Origin: Candidatus Thorarchaeota archaeon
GTDB lineage: Archaea; Asgardarchaeota; Thorarchaeia; Thorarchaeales; Thorarchaeaceae
Reading direction: 5' to 3'
Length of the DNA stretch: 19,927 bases
Assembly: GCA_048882325.1 (NCBI GenBank)
Contig: JBHLRS010000049.1
Coordinates: 1-19,927 of the forward strand
Below are positions 6,576-15,534 of this stretch, in pieces (position 1 is the stretch's first letter; each line of letters begins with the position of its first letter). The notes beneath the pieces are model-generated. The model did no database searches. It saw nothing but the letters and a program-made list of their open reading frames with translations, and had not been told where the DNA came from. The position numbers were made by a program, and so were the translations under genes.

Positions 6576-8369
6576 TTACATTCCCTTAAAGACTTCATCC
6601 AGCTCCGAGTCTGGAACATCAAATGTTACATCATGAGGCGGAAGCTTCTCTGTGTAGAAGAACTCAGCTAATCTGTCATCATTCTTTGTAAATCCAGCTC
6701 TTTTGTTGAAGTCTCTTTCATTCTTGAGAATTGATAGACCGAACTCCACTGGGTCAATTTCCTTACCCAAGAAACCATTTATTGTGTCAACCATTCCATT
6801 ATGACCGCTGTCAACATCATTGGTTGCAAATGTAATGAACAAACAGTATCCTGTGAAATCAACATATGCAGTTACTGCCTGGAAGGTTCGCGATAGTTCT
6901 GCCTTTTTTATATCTCGAGGATCTGTAATCTCACCTTTGATTCCGAGAATTTCTGCGGCAACTGTGTAGCCAGCTGTGTGATCAGCTCCTTGAGGAGTTG
7001 TTGCATAGGTCACACCAATACCCTTGACTGGACGGGGATCATATGCTGGTAGTCCTTGACCCTTAGCTACAGGAATCCTTGTCACACCAAGAGTTCTACC
7101 TGCATTAAGTGCTCCCGCACCTACTAGACGACCCATGGCAGATTTCTCGTCGTAAGCCTCTTTCAAAGCAGCAATAGCTCCAGCACCATCACCAAACTCA
7201 AGAAGACCCGATTCCATAATGACACCAAGTGTACAACCAGTTTCGATAGTATCAAGGCCGATATCATTACAAAGTCTGTTCAGCTCTGCAACATCAGAAA
7301 GTTTTCCGATTTCGAGGTTGCTACCAAGCGACCATGCAGTTTCATACTCAAGTGGTGAAACATGGGCCTTTCCAGTGTCTTCATAAGGAACTACATTAGA
7401 ACATGCAATTATGCACCCAGGATGGCATGAGTGAGCATATCGACCTTCAGCGGCATCACCAAACTTTTCCTTTGTTTTATCCACAAGTTCATGGACTGCT
7501 TCTCCTGAGATTTTAGCAGCATCCTTGAATCGACCAGACCTGAAGTTTCTAGTAGGTAGTCCACCTGCTTCGCTCATCACAGTTTGAAGGACATTTGTAC
7601 CATAATTCTTGAGACCTCCAAAGGGTTCTCCTTTATCATCTTTGAGATTTCCAGTAACACCATGACCTTGTAATGCTTCAACCAGAGCTTTTCGACCCTT
7701 TTCATATCGGTCTTTGTCTTTTGGCTCAGGTCTCTCAGCACCAGTGGGGTCACTAATCACAGTGACTACTCGTTTTGATCCCAAAACTGCACCTAATCCG
7801 CCGCGACCTGCATATCGACCTGGGTCAGAATTTTCAATATTGTTACCAAAAACACCAGCTCCAGCTAGAAGACGTTGACCAGCGATGCCACAACCAATAA
7901 TTCCTGGTTTGACTGGATAATCTTTCCAGACCTTCGCAATGATTTCATATGCTCCGATGCCTGCATATTTGTTTGTTTTCACAATTTCACATTTATCTTT
8001 GCCAACCACTATACTATACCAATCCTTGGTTCCAGCTGGTGGTGCTCCTTCAATGATGATACCTTGGACTCCAAGACGACCTAAACGATTGCCAGTTAGT
8101 CCTCCAGCATTTGCTTCTTTAATACCACCGGTTAAAGGTGACTTTGCACCGACACTTAGGCGACCTGAAGATGGAGCAGTTGTTCCAGCAAGAAGCCCCG
8201 GGGAAATTATCAACTTATTCTTCTCTCGGAGTGGGTGACACGTTGCCTCAACCTCTTCGTTAACGACTGCTGAGGTGAGAGCTCGCCCAGCAAGATCTTT
8301 GTACTTAGCGGGAATATTCTCCCATTTGTGGGTTAAATCACTCATATTTACTCTAAGCAGTTTTCCCAT
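6576..8369 (-). CDS. aor: Tungsten-dependent aldehyde:ferredoxin oxidoreductase (AOR family)
   Basis: Motifs KSPLTGGIKEANAGG, AGRGGLGAVLGSK, CHPGCIIAC, PLEYET, GLDTIE, PAYDPR and GADHTAG. ATG at 8369 follows RBS GGAAGGAG; TTG at 8378 is the alternative start. Confidence 0.95.
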   Translation of the reverse strand: MGKLLRVNMSDLTHKWENIPAKYKDLAGRALTSAVVNEEVEATCHPLREKNKLIISPGLLAGTTAPSSGRLSVGAKSPLTGGIKEANAGGLTGNRLGRLGVQGIIIEGAPPAGTKDWYSIVVGKDKCEIVKTNKYAGIGAYEIIAKVWKDYPVKPGIIGCGIAGQRLLAGAGVFGNNIENSDPGRYAGRGGLGAVLGSKRVVTVISDPTGAERPEPKDKDRYEKGRKALVEALQGHGVTGNLKDDKGEPFGGLKNYGTNVLQTVMSEAGGLPTRNFRSGRFKDAAKISGEAVHELVDKTKEKFGDAAEGRYAHSCHPGCIIACSNVVPYEDTGKAHVSPLEYETAWSLGSNLEIGKLSDVAELNRLCNDIGLDTIETGCTLGVIMESGLLEFGDGAGAIAALKEAYDEKSAMGRLVGAGALNAGRTLGVTRIPVAKGQGLPAYDPRPVKGIGVTYATTPQGADHTAGYTVAAEILGIKGEITDPRDIKKAELSRTFQAVTAYVDFTGYCLFITFATNDVDSGHNGMVDTINGFLGKEIDPVEFGLSILKNERDFNKRAGFTKNDDRLAEFFYTEKLPPHDVTFDVPDSELDEVFKGM

Positions 8370-8436
8370 AATGATCAAACTCCTTCCTTTCGGTTCTCAT
8401 TTTGCACCTAATATTCGTTGTGGCCAAGAGGTACAT

Positions 8437-8464
8437 ATCGACATGCATGTTTATGCATAACGAT
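8437..8464. promoter_or_regulatory. 28-bp pseudo-palindrome resembling a ModE (Mo/W-responsive) operator upstream of aor
   Basis: ATCGACATGCA-TGTTTA-TGCATAACGAT: 11-bp arms matching at 9/11 with a 6-nt spacer. Same geometry as the ModE consensus ATCGNTATATA-N6-TATATANCGAT. Confidence 0.5.
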
Positions 8465-8535
8465 TTGTTTTCGCTGAAAATGAATATTTTCGATGGTAAT
8501 CGAAAAATAAAATCAATCAAAAAAGATATGTCACA

Positions 8536-8584
8536 ATAAAAAGAGTGTTGGAGCTTCGTGCGATATTCTACCGCACTAGCTCCA
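8536..8584 (-). terminator. Hairpin plus T-rich tract ending the permease operon
   Basis: TGGAGCT(tc)GTGCG...CGCAC(t)AGCTCCA at 8549-8584, followed on the minus strand by CTCTTTTTATT. Confidence 0.5.
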
Positions 8585-8609
8585 TGTTTTGGATCGATAT
8601 CAAATCACG

Positions 8610-8963
8610 TTATCCACGTCTGGCCATGAATCCACGAATCAGAAGGAGTATCCCAATGACAAGTACAACCATGGAGAGGATTTGATATCCTCCCATTAGT
8701 ACATGTACGGAAAAACTCAGGTAGCTTGCTAAACCAAACAAAGTAACAAGCATTCCAACTCGTAGTTCCATAATACCGATTTGCTTCGTGATGAGTTCAG
8801 ACAGACCGATAAACACGATCACTAAACCAGGCCATAACCAATAACCAAATCCTCCGAATAGCCACCAGCTAAATAGCGTGACTACTATTCCAAAGACCAT
8901 GATTTCTAGTTGACCGACTATTCCTACGCTTGCGACGTTTCCAATAGTACTTTCTTCTGTCAT
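8610..8963 (-). CDS. Small hypothetical integral membrane protein (about 4 TM)
   Basis: About 117-120 aa, almost entirely hydrophobic, with a basic C-terminus. ATG at 8963 (or TTG at 8972) follows AGGGGG directly after the upstream stop. Confidence 0.75.
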   Translation of the reverse strand: MTEESTIGNVASVGIVGQLEIMVFGIVVTLFSWWLFGGFGYWLWPGLVIVFIGLSELITKQIGIMELRVGMLVTLFGLASYLSFSVHVLMGGYQILSMVVLVIGILLLIRGFMARRG

Positions 8964-8976
8964 CAAACTCAACCCC

Positions 8977-11013
8977 CTAAGTAAACCGGCCTCCCGGATG
9001 TGCTATGATTGCTTGCAATTCAGCAATCGCATAGCTCCATGAACCAACAGAACCAGCCAGAACATGATTGACAAATGACAAGATTTCTCTCGTCCTATCA
9101 CCAATCGTGATGAGATTCAAGAGGTGATAATCAACCTTGTACTGAAAGAGCTTACTTGTGTGCTGGAATGCATAAAGTGCCTTATAGTAGTCACCAGCTG
9201 GATATGAGGCACTTACATTTGCGTAGAAACCCAACAGTGTTGAGTTAGTTTCGGATGTGTAAGCTGTCCGATTTAGCTCAACAAGGCGATCAAGCTCCTG
9301 AAGTGTTGCTAAATAGTCCTCAGCAATTGGGACTAGTCCATTGACGGTTTCATTGTTGATGAACTCAAACACACTTACAAGTTCATCAAAGGATGTAGCT
9401 TCATCAGACGCCTCAAATGGCATGAATGGTCCTTCACCAGCCCAAGAAGTCGGTAGGATTTGATGTGGTTCTGAAGCAAAATTCTCTGTTGCATAGAACC
9501 AGCTTTCAATCATTCCCTGAGCTTCATCGATTAGTGCAAGGTTCACAGGATCTGTTATCGACGCTTTCAACAGGTTCAGTTTGTGATACTCATATTGAAA
9601 GTGTACTGCATCTCGTTGTATATCGTTTAGTTGTTCGTAGACCTCGTGTGCATATGTTTCCACAGTTGAATCATACCATAATCCAAGTGCAAAATAGTGA
9701 TCTCCCGCTCTAAGGTTAACAATTTCAGTTGCGACCCGCATTGTTTCTGCAAGTATTGGTTTGATTTCAGCAACTGTTGATGTGATTGAGTTGACTCTTT
9801 CTGCAGTGATATCAGCAGGCAGAGACGCACTGGGAGATAGTCTTGACCCTTGTACGTCATCAGCAACATAGTACAGGGCCTGTGCATAGATTCTAGCACC
9901 AGGTCCAGGCCATTCTGGATGTGGTGAGAAAGTCACAAATTGACCTTCACCAACCGGTCCAGTCAGGATACCTGGTGAGCCCCAAATATTCTCTACAATT
10001 GGAGAGGCTAATTGAGTAATTGGTGCTTCAAATCTACCTAGGACTTCTACACCAGGACCAAGAGATTCTTCAACTATAGCTGGTCCGCCATAATAGTAAA
10101 TGTTCACAAACTCGTAGCCAGGTCTTACTGCACCGGGACCATATCCAAAGGTCACAGGATTTGTAGGATCCTCTACAGATAATGAAATTGGTCCAATAAG
10201 AGTCCTCCAATGAGGCTCCCAGTACTCATCATGGTCGAACCAATCATAGCTGTATGATGCATTAACAATGTCCAAACTAGTATAGGGCGTTTGTATCAAA
10301 GATTCTGTCGCACCTGCGCATACTCCGATATATCCACCTCCATGTCGAAGGAACTCTGTTATGTTAGCGATAGCATTGGCTCGAGTAACGCCATAGGGGA
10401 ATGAATAGAGATGCAAAGCACCTCCTGGCATTACGAATACATTAGAGTGACTAAGTGGATTACTTGTGTCATTCCACCAAGAGGAATAAAGGTCGACAGC
10501 ATTTGCTAGAACAACCTTGAAACCCAACTCTTGGAACCTTTGGTAGTGCACTAATGCGTTCAGATATGTACTCGTATCATAGAACAGAGTTATCCTGGGT
10601 AAGACCAGTGCCTGAGCATTGGCTGTGAAGCTCACATCGTTTGTAATATCGATTCTCCAAACTCTGTAATTCTTCGCCTCATCCTTTAACCATCTAACGG
10701 TTTTAGCGCTACTGACTCCCAGTCTCGTTGTGAACGGAGTTTGGAAGTAGAATGTACCTGCAGGATAGGTTACACCACCTGCAGTGAACGATTCTTGCGC
10801 CCACATCACTGGAACTTCTTCTTCCAGTAATTGATTCACTAATTCAATCACACCGACATCATCATTTTTGATCCAATCTTCCATTGGTAAAATGATGGTC
10901 CGAGGTGTTTCAGCTTGTGCGGCCGATGGAGGAATTAGGATTAGCGACAGCAGCATTAAGGCCGCAAGACTCATAATTTGTAGTCGTCTGCTTTTTTGTT
11001 TTAATTTAATCAA
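8977..11013 (-). CDS. Secreted class I glutamine-amidotransferase-fold (BPL_N-like) protein, putative amidohydrolase/peptidase, with helical C-terminal domain
   Basis: In-frame TTG at 11013 follows GAGGAGGT, 1 nt after the permease stop (ATG at 10974 is the alternative). Signal peptide KLKQKSRRLQIMSLAALMLLSLILIPPSAAQA. Motifs VFVMPGG, GGGYIGVCAGA (nucleophile Cys) and FSPHPEW (His-Glu). Confidence 0.75.
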   Translation of the reverse strand: MIKLKQKSRRLQIMSLAALMLLSLILIPPSAAQAETPRTIILPMEDWIKNDDVGVIELVNQLLEEEVPVMWAQESFTAGGVTYPAGTFYFQTPFTTRLGVSSAKTVRWLKDEAKNYRVWRIDITNDVSFTANAQALVLPRITLFYDTSTYLNALVHYQRFQELGFKVVLANAVDLYSSWWNDTSNPLSHSNVFVMPGGALHLYSFPYGVTRANAIANITEFLRHGGGYIGVCAGATESLIQTPYTSLDIVNASYSYDWFDHDEYWEPHWRTLIGPISLSVEDPTNPVTFGYGPGAVRPGYEFVNIYYYGGPAIVEESLGPGVEVLGRFEAPITQLASPIVENIWGSPGILTGPVGEGQFVTFSPHPEWPGPGARIYAQALYYVADDVQGSRLSPSASLPADITAERVNSITSTVAEIKPILAETMRVATEIVNLRAGDHYFALGLWYDSTVETYAHEVYEQLNDIQRDAVHFQYEYHKLNLLKASITDPVNLALIDEAQGMIESWFYATENFASEPHQILPTSWAGEGPFMPFEASDEATSFDELVSVFEFINNETVNGLVPIAEDYLATLQELDRLVELNRTAYTSETNSTLLGFYANVSASYPAGDYYKALYAFQHTSKLFQYKVDYHLLNLITIGDRTREILSFVNHVLAGSVGSWSYAIAELQAIIAHPGGRFT

Positions 11014-11014
11014 A

Positions 11015-12598
11015 TTATTGAACCTCCTCAACTCTCTTAAGTATGCTATAACCCATCCCCACAAAAATGGCTGCAGCAACGACTAATGTTGTAGCAGTTG
11101 CTAATAAATCAACCGAGGCAAAGGGTGCAAGAATGTGCCACCAGAGGATAATGCCACTATAGAAGTTGTACCAGAAAGCAAATCCAGCTACAACCACAAT
11201 TAGTGCAATAAGGGACAACAGCAAACCCAACCAATGAACTTTTGGTACTGCAGGTTTGGTTCCCATTTCTGTTCCTCTTGCAAAGACCTTGGGTCTGAAA
11301 CAAGCATTAACGAAGACCAGAAAGACCCCAAGGACAAGCCAAATTAAGAGCATGAATTGAAAACGGAAGGGTAGTCCAACAATGACAAACCAAGAACAAA
11401 GAATGATACCAGCAAGCGGTATCAGCCCATGAAGGACTATGTTCTTGATTCCCCAACCATCCTTTTTGTAATGCCAGTATGCAAGGAAGTTAGTAAGGAT
11501 GAAAGCTGGAATAGCTCCAGAAGCTAATACATACACGATAACTTCCCATGGCACAAATTCAGCTAAGACCAATGTCACCACTGAAACAAAGAGAATTGAA
11601 GCGAGTGGTGTAATGTATTTTGTCTTGGTCTTACTGAATGCAGTTGGGAGAATATTATCTTCGCCTAATTTCTGAACCAATCTACTTGTTGCAGTTACAG
11701 CAGCCAAAGCAGATGTGATACCAGCTAATATTCCTGCAAAATTAAGGAGATTTGCTAAACCTCCACCCCAAATGACTTCAGCCATATAGGGAACAGGATT
11801 GAAGAAGTATTGTAAATTAAACAATCCTCTTGTAGGGATAGCTAATACAAATGCCCATGCAAGGAATGTATAGATAACAGTCCCAAGGATGGCTGAGAGC
11901 ACAATTGCCCTCGGGATATTTCTTGTTGGTTCATTTGTTTCTTCAGCCATTGTCGCTGATGACTCATATCCGATATATGAGAAAATTGCGACAGTTGCTC
12001 CAACCATAATTCCTGCGACCCCAAATAGAGATCCACTAGGTGTGAAGGCCAGTCCAGCCATAATATCATAACTGCCAGAAGACAACGACCAACCGATCGA
12101 GCTTCCAGCAAAAATGAATAGAATGGCGATTTCTATAATGAATAGGATTGCCATTGTTCTAATGCTTAATACAGCACCAAAAATGGAGAGTAGCATTACA
12201 ACCACTGCAAAAACTAATACGATTACCCATGGTGCGATTCCGAGCCAATAATAGGCAAAGAAGCCTACGGGGATAAGAGCTGCTGCTGGAGCAACAATCA
12301 ATTCTAGTAAATATATCCAGACTGATAATTGTCCAAACTTTGGTCCTAAAGTATCCTCCGCAAAATTCCAGATACTACCGGATTTTGGATAAGCTTTTAC
12401 AAGTTCTGCAAATGAAATGGCTGTGATAGTAGCGGCAATTCCAGCAACTAAGTAATCTAATGGAATTGCAATCCAGGAAAACCCTGCTGCTAACACAAGA
12501 CTGAATGTTGCTAGGAAAGAAAGCGCTGGCGCCATAAATGCCAGGCCTAATACAACATTCTGCCATAATCCGTATTTGCGTATTTCAGTTTCCGCCAT
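11015..12598 (-). CDS. APC-superfamily amino acid/amine permease
   Basis: 527 aa with about 14 hydrophobic segments. Motifs GLAFMAP (TM1), SFAELVKAYPKSGS, FSYIGYESSATMAEETNEPTRNIPRAI and SRLV...G..NILP. Confidence 0.93.
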   Translation of the reverse strand: MAETEIRKYGLWQNVVLGLAFMAPALSFLATFSLVLAAGFSWIAIPLDYLVAGIAATITAISFAELVKAYPKSGSIWNFAEDTLGPKFGQLSVWIYLLELIVAPAAALIPVGFFAYYWLGIAPWVIVLVFAVVVMLLSIFGAVLSIRTMAILFIIEIAILFIFAGSSIGWSLSSGSYDIMAGLAFTPSGSLFGVAGIMVGATVAIFSYIGYESSATMAEETNEPTRNIPRAIVLSAILGTVIYTFLAWAFVLAIPTRGLFNLQYFFNPVPYMAEVIWGGGLANLLNFAGILAGITSALAAVTATSRLVQKLGEDNILPTAFSKTKTKYITPLASILFVSVVTLVLAEFVPWEVIVYVLASGAIPAFILTNFLAYWHYKKDGWGIKNIVLHGLIPLAGIILCSWFVIVGLPFRFQFMLLIWLVLGVFLVFVNACFRPKVFARGTEMGTKPAVPKVHWLGLLLSLIALIVVVAGFAFWYNFYSGIILWWHILAPFASVDLLATATTLVVAAAIFVGMGYSILKRVEEVQ

Positions 12599-12695
12599 TG
12601 CGAGTACCTAAACGATGTTTCGTGGCGAGCCTCTACTTAAGGATTATGCTATTATTTTAATTTACTTTAACTATAATTATGAAATATTAATCAAA

Positions 12696-12720
12696 TATAG
12701 ATAAAGGTATAATATCTATA
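12696..12720. promoter_or_regulatory. Inverted repeat in the AT-rich divergent promoter between the permease and alanine aminotransferase
   Basis: TATAGATA (12696-12703), a 9-nt spacer, then TATCTATA (12713-12720), within a very AT-rich 166-bp intergenic region. Confidence 0.3.
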
Positions 12721-12764
12721 GAAACTAATATACGGCGTCATAGTACAGCACGCTAGAAGATAAA

Positions 12765-13964
12765 ATGAAGCTTAATATCACACCACGCGCCGCAAATCTC
12801 CAATATGCAATTCGTGATATAGTTGTTTTAGCAAGACAATACCAGAAGAAAACTGGTGAAAAACCACTTTATCTTAATATAGGAGATCCAATTAAGTATG
12901 ACTGGGAAACACCCCAATATATGGTAGATGCAATTTGTAATGCTACACAAGATGGATGGAATGGATACTCTCCGTCAGAAGGAGAAGAGCAACTTCGGAT
13001 AGCTGCAGCAGAAAAGGAAAAACGAGTTAATGGTATTGATGTGGACCCAAATCGGATGATTGTTACTGCAGGAGTTTCAGAAGCGATTCAGTTCCTCACA
13101 GGTGCGTTAATTGATAATGGCTCTGAACTATTAGTCCCCGGTCCAAGTTATCCTCCATATGTCAGCTATGTGAAATTTTTTGGAGGTATACCTGTTTCAT
13201 ATAGAACCATTGAGGAAGAGGATTGGAACCCGGACACTGAGGACCTGCGAAAGAAAATCACCGACAAAACAAGGGGAATTCTTGTTATCAACCCCAACAA
13301 TCCAACTGGTTCCGTATATAATGAGAAAATATTGAAGGAGATTGTTGGGATAGCTGGTGAACATGAGCTTCCCTTGATATCTGATGAAATCTACGATCAG
13401 CTTACGTATGACAAAAAACAAACTCCGATGGTCCGAATAGCAAAAGATGTACCAGTAATTGGATTTAACGGTGTAAGCAAAGTGTATCTGGCTCCAGGAT
13501 GGCGTGTTGGGTACACATATTTCTGTGACTCAAATGGAGAGCTTGATCCTCTGAATGATGCTATGATTCGTCAAGCTAGAGTAAGGATATGTTTGAACTC
13601 CCCAGCACAAATCGCATCTGCGGTCGCGCTTGCAGGTGATGGTAGTCATCTGAAAGCAACAATGGAACGTCTACGTATCAGGAGGGATTTTATTTACAAG
13701 AGACTGAATGAGATTGATTCAGTCTCAACAAGGCTACCTGAGGCTGCATTCTACATTATGCCCAAAATAGATCTACGCGGTAGATGGAAGGATGATGCCG
13801 AGTTTGTCAAGGATGTTCTTGCGAATACTGGCGTAGTCTTCGTTCCAGGTCGTGGTTTTTGTGCAGAGTATGGTGCGGGACACTTCAGGAGTGTATTTCT
13901 CCCTCCACCATACATGATTGAAGAAGCAATGAATCGTTTAGAAGAATTTATGGCCAAACACTAA
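12765..13964 (+). CDS. alaA: Alanine aminotransferase (class I/II PLP), Thermococcales AlaAT/AlaA-like
   Basis: Motifs YAIRD, LNIGDP, PGPSYPPY, INPNNPTG, SDEIYD, NGVSKVYLAPGWRVGY (PLP Lys) and GHFRSVFLPP. Confidence 0.88.
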   Translation: MKLNITPRAANLQYAIRDIVVLARQYQKKTGEKPLYLNIGDPIKYDWETPQYMVDAICNATQDGWNGYSPSEGEEQLRIAAAEKEKRVNGIDVDPNRMIVTAGVSEAIQFLTGALIDNGSELLVPGPSYPPYVSYVKFFGGIPVSYRTIEEEDWNPDTEDLRKKITDKTRGILVINPNNPTGSVYNEKILKEIVGIAGEHELPLISDEIYDQLTYDKKQTPMVRIAKDVPVIGFNGVSKVYLAPGWRVGYTYFCDSNGELDPLNDAMIRQARVRICLNSPAQIASAVALAGDGSHLKATMERLRIRRDFIYKRLNEIDSVSTRLPEAAFYIMPKIDLRGRWKDDAEFVKDVLANTGVVFVPGRGFCAEYGAGHFRSVFLPPPYMIEEAMNRLEEFMAKH

Positions 13965-14156
13965 AATCGGTCATAATCTAGGAACCGTCATGGAATAGAA
14001 TGCAAGTCTGGATAACATGATTTACATTTTATCACAAATGGGAAATTTGCTTCTGCTTTTTCAAGACACAGTGCATCTGACATTTCCTTTTTCTGCATTA
14101 AAATCAATTAAACTGACTCAACTGGTCAAGCTTGTGATTTTGAAAATAAGGTGAAA

Positions 14157-14181
14157 GTGGTCCAGAACTGTGCTGGACCAC
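14157..14181. terminator. Hairpin between convergent aminotransferase genes
   Basis: GTGGTCCAG (14157-14165) and CTGGACCAC (14173-14181) form a perfect 9-bp stem. A T-rich run follows on the minus strand. Confidence 0.5.
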
Positions 14182-14223
14182 CTCCCCTCAATAACCAAGC
14201 ATCGAGGAAAATTGTGTTATGTC

Positions 14224-15534
14224 TTATGCTATTTCCTTTAAGACTTCGTCAAGAACATCTAGGACTTTATCTGCTTGCTCATCAGTAATCGATAAGGGTG
14301 GTTTGAGTTTTATGATGTTGCCAACACCACCGATATTCGAAACACCGAAAAAGACTCCTTTCTCAAGAGCTTTTACAAATGCCTCTCCAGCTTCGTCGAT
14401 AGCAGGAGCTTTTGTTTTTCGGTCCTTGACTAATTCAACACCAATGAAAAGTCCAGGCCCTCGGACATCTCCAATTATCTTGTGATCCTCTTGCATCTCC
14501 AGTAATCTTTTGGTCATCCTCTTGCCTTGCGCTGCAGCCTTGTCAGCAAGTTTCTCTTCCTGCATAACATCAATGGTTGCATTGGCAGCGGCACATAGTA
14601 CAGGTCCACCTCCAAAGGTGAAGATGTGCCATTGACTATCAGGCATGTCCTTGGGAACATGGTCCTTGTTTATGACGGTTGCAGACACTGGCATTCCACC
14701 ACCGATAGCCTTCGCGGTTGTGAAGATATCTGGTGTCACGCCGTAATAATCACAGGCCCAAATCTTGCCGGTCCTACCCATTCCTGTCTGAATCTCATCA
14801 GCAATGAAGAAGATACCGTACTTATCACAGGTTTCCCTAATGATTTTGAAATATTCTGGATCTGGAGGGCATTGATGTCCACCATTACCTTGAATTGGTT
14901 CAAGGATAAACGCAGCTACTCCGTCCTCAGTTGCGCCATATTTTACCTGTTGTTCAAGGGCTCTTGCACATTCAAAGTCGCATCCGGGGTATTCCTTCCC
15001 ATAAACACACCTATAGCAGTATGCGTTCGGAATTTGACTGAATCCTGGGAATCTTGGATAACCCTTTATAATATAGGATTGACCAAGAAGACTCATCATT
15101 GCAAGGGTGCCACCATGGTAAGAGTAATGCACCGAAATTGCTTCACGCCTTCCAGTTATTTGCATTGCGAGTTTCAAAGCTGTCTCATTGGCTTCAGTTC
15201 CACCACATGAGAAGTAAGACATTGCATTTCCTTTCATTTTTCCAGGAGCAATATCTGACAGTTTCTTAGCAAGTTCTGCCCTTGGAGGGTTAGTGAACAT
15301 AGTCAGTGTGTGGGAAATCTTCGCTACTTGATCTTGTACTGCTTTCACGTATTTTGGATGAGAATGACCTATCCCTAATACTCCAGCCGTCTGACCCAGA
15401 GCGTCGATGTATTCTTTCCCATCAATGTCTCGTACTATGGCTCCTTTGCCTTCGACGAACACGATTGGGGAATAGCCCCAGCCATGTAGGCAATGTTCTC
15501 GACTTTGTTTTATTATTTCATCTTTCGACGGCAT
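14224..15534 (-). CDS. Class III PLP-dependent aminotransferase (omega-amine/GABA-AT/AGXT2-like)
   Basis: Motifs DIDGKEYID, GGTEANETALK, SYHGGT, EPIQGNGG, IADEIQTGMGRTG, PDIFTTAKAIGGG (PLP Lys), TFGG and GDVRGPGLFIGVELV. Confidence 0.93.
   Translation of the reverse strand: MPSKDEIIKQSREHCLHGWGYSPIVFVEGKGAIVRDIDGKEYIDALGQTAGVLGIGHSHPKYVKAVQDQVAKISHTLTMFTNPPRAELAKKLSDIAPGKMKGNAMSYFSCGGTEANETALKLAMQITGRREAISVHYSYHGGTLAMMSLLGQSYIIKGYPRFPGFSQIPNAYCYRCVYGKEYPGCDFECARALEQQVKYGATEDGVAAFILEPIQGNGGHQCPPDPEYFKIIRETCDKYGIFFIADEIQTGMGRTGKIWACDYYGVTPDIFTTAKAIGGGMPVSATVINKDHVPKDMPDSQWHIFTFGGGPVLCAAANATIDVMQEEKLADKAAAQGKRMTKRLLEMQEDHKIIGDVRGPGLFIGVELVKDRKTKAPAIDEAGEAFVKALEKGVFFGVSNIGGVGNIIKLKPPLSITDEQADKVLDVLDEVLKEIA

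Noticed and set aside
11014-11079. ORF-track start of the 700-aa protein at 11079
   Set aside because: It overlaps the permease 3' end by 65 nt. TTG at 11013 has a strong RBS and gives a proper signal peptide.
2482-14181. Intergenic hairpins as SECIS elements (selenoprotein recoding)
   Set aside because: No gene here shows an in-frame UGA at a conserved Cys position, and the hairpins lack clear SECIS core motifs.
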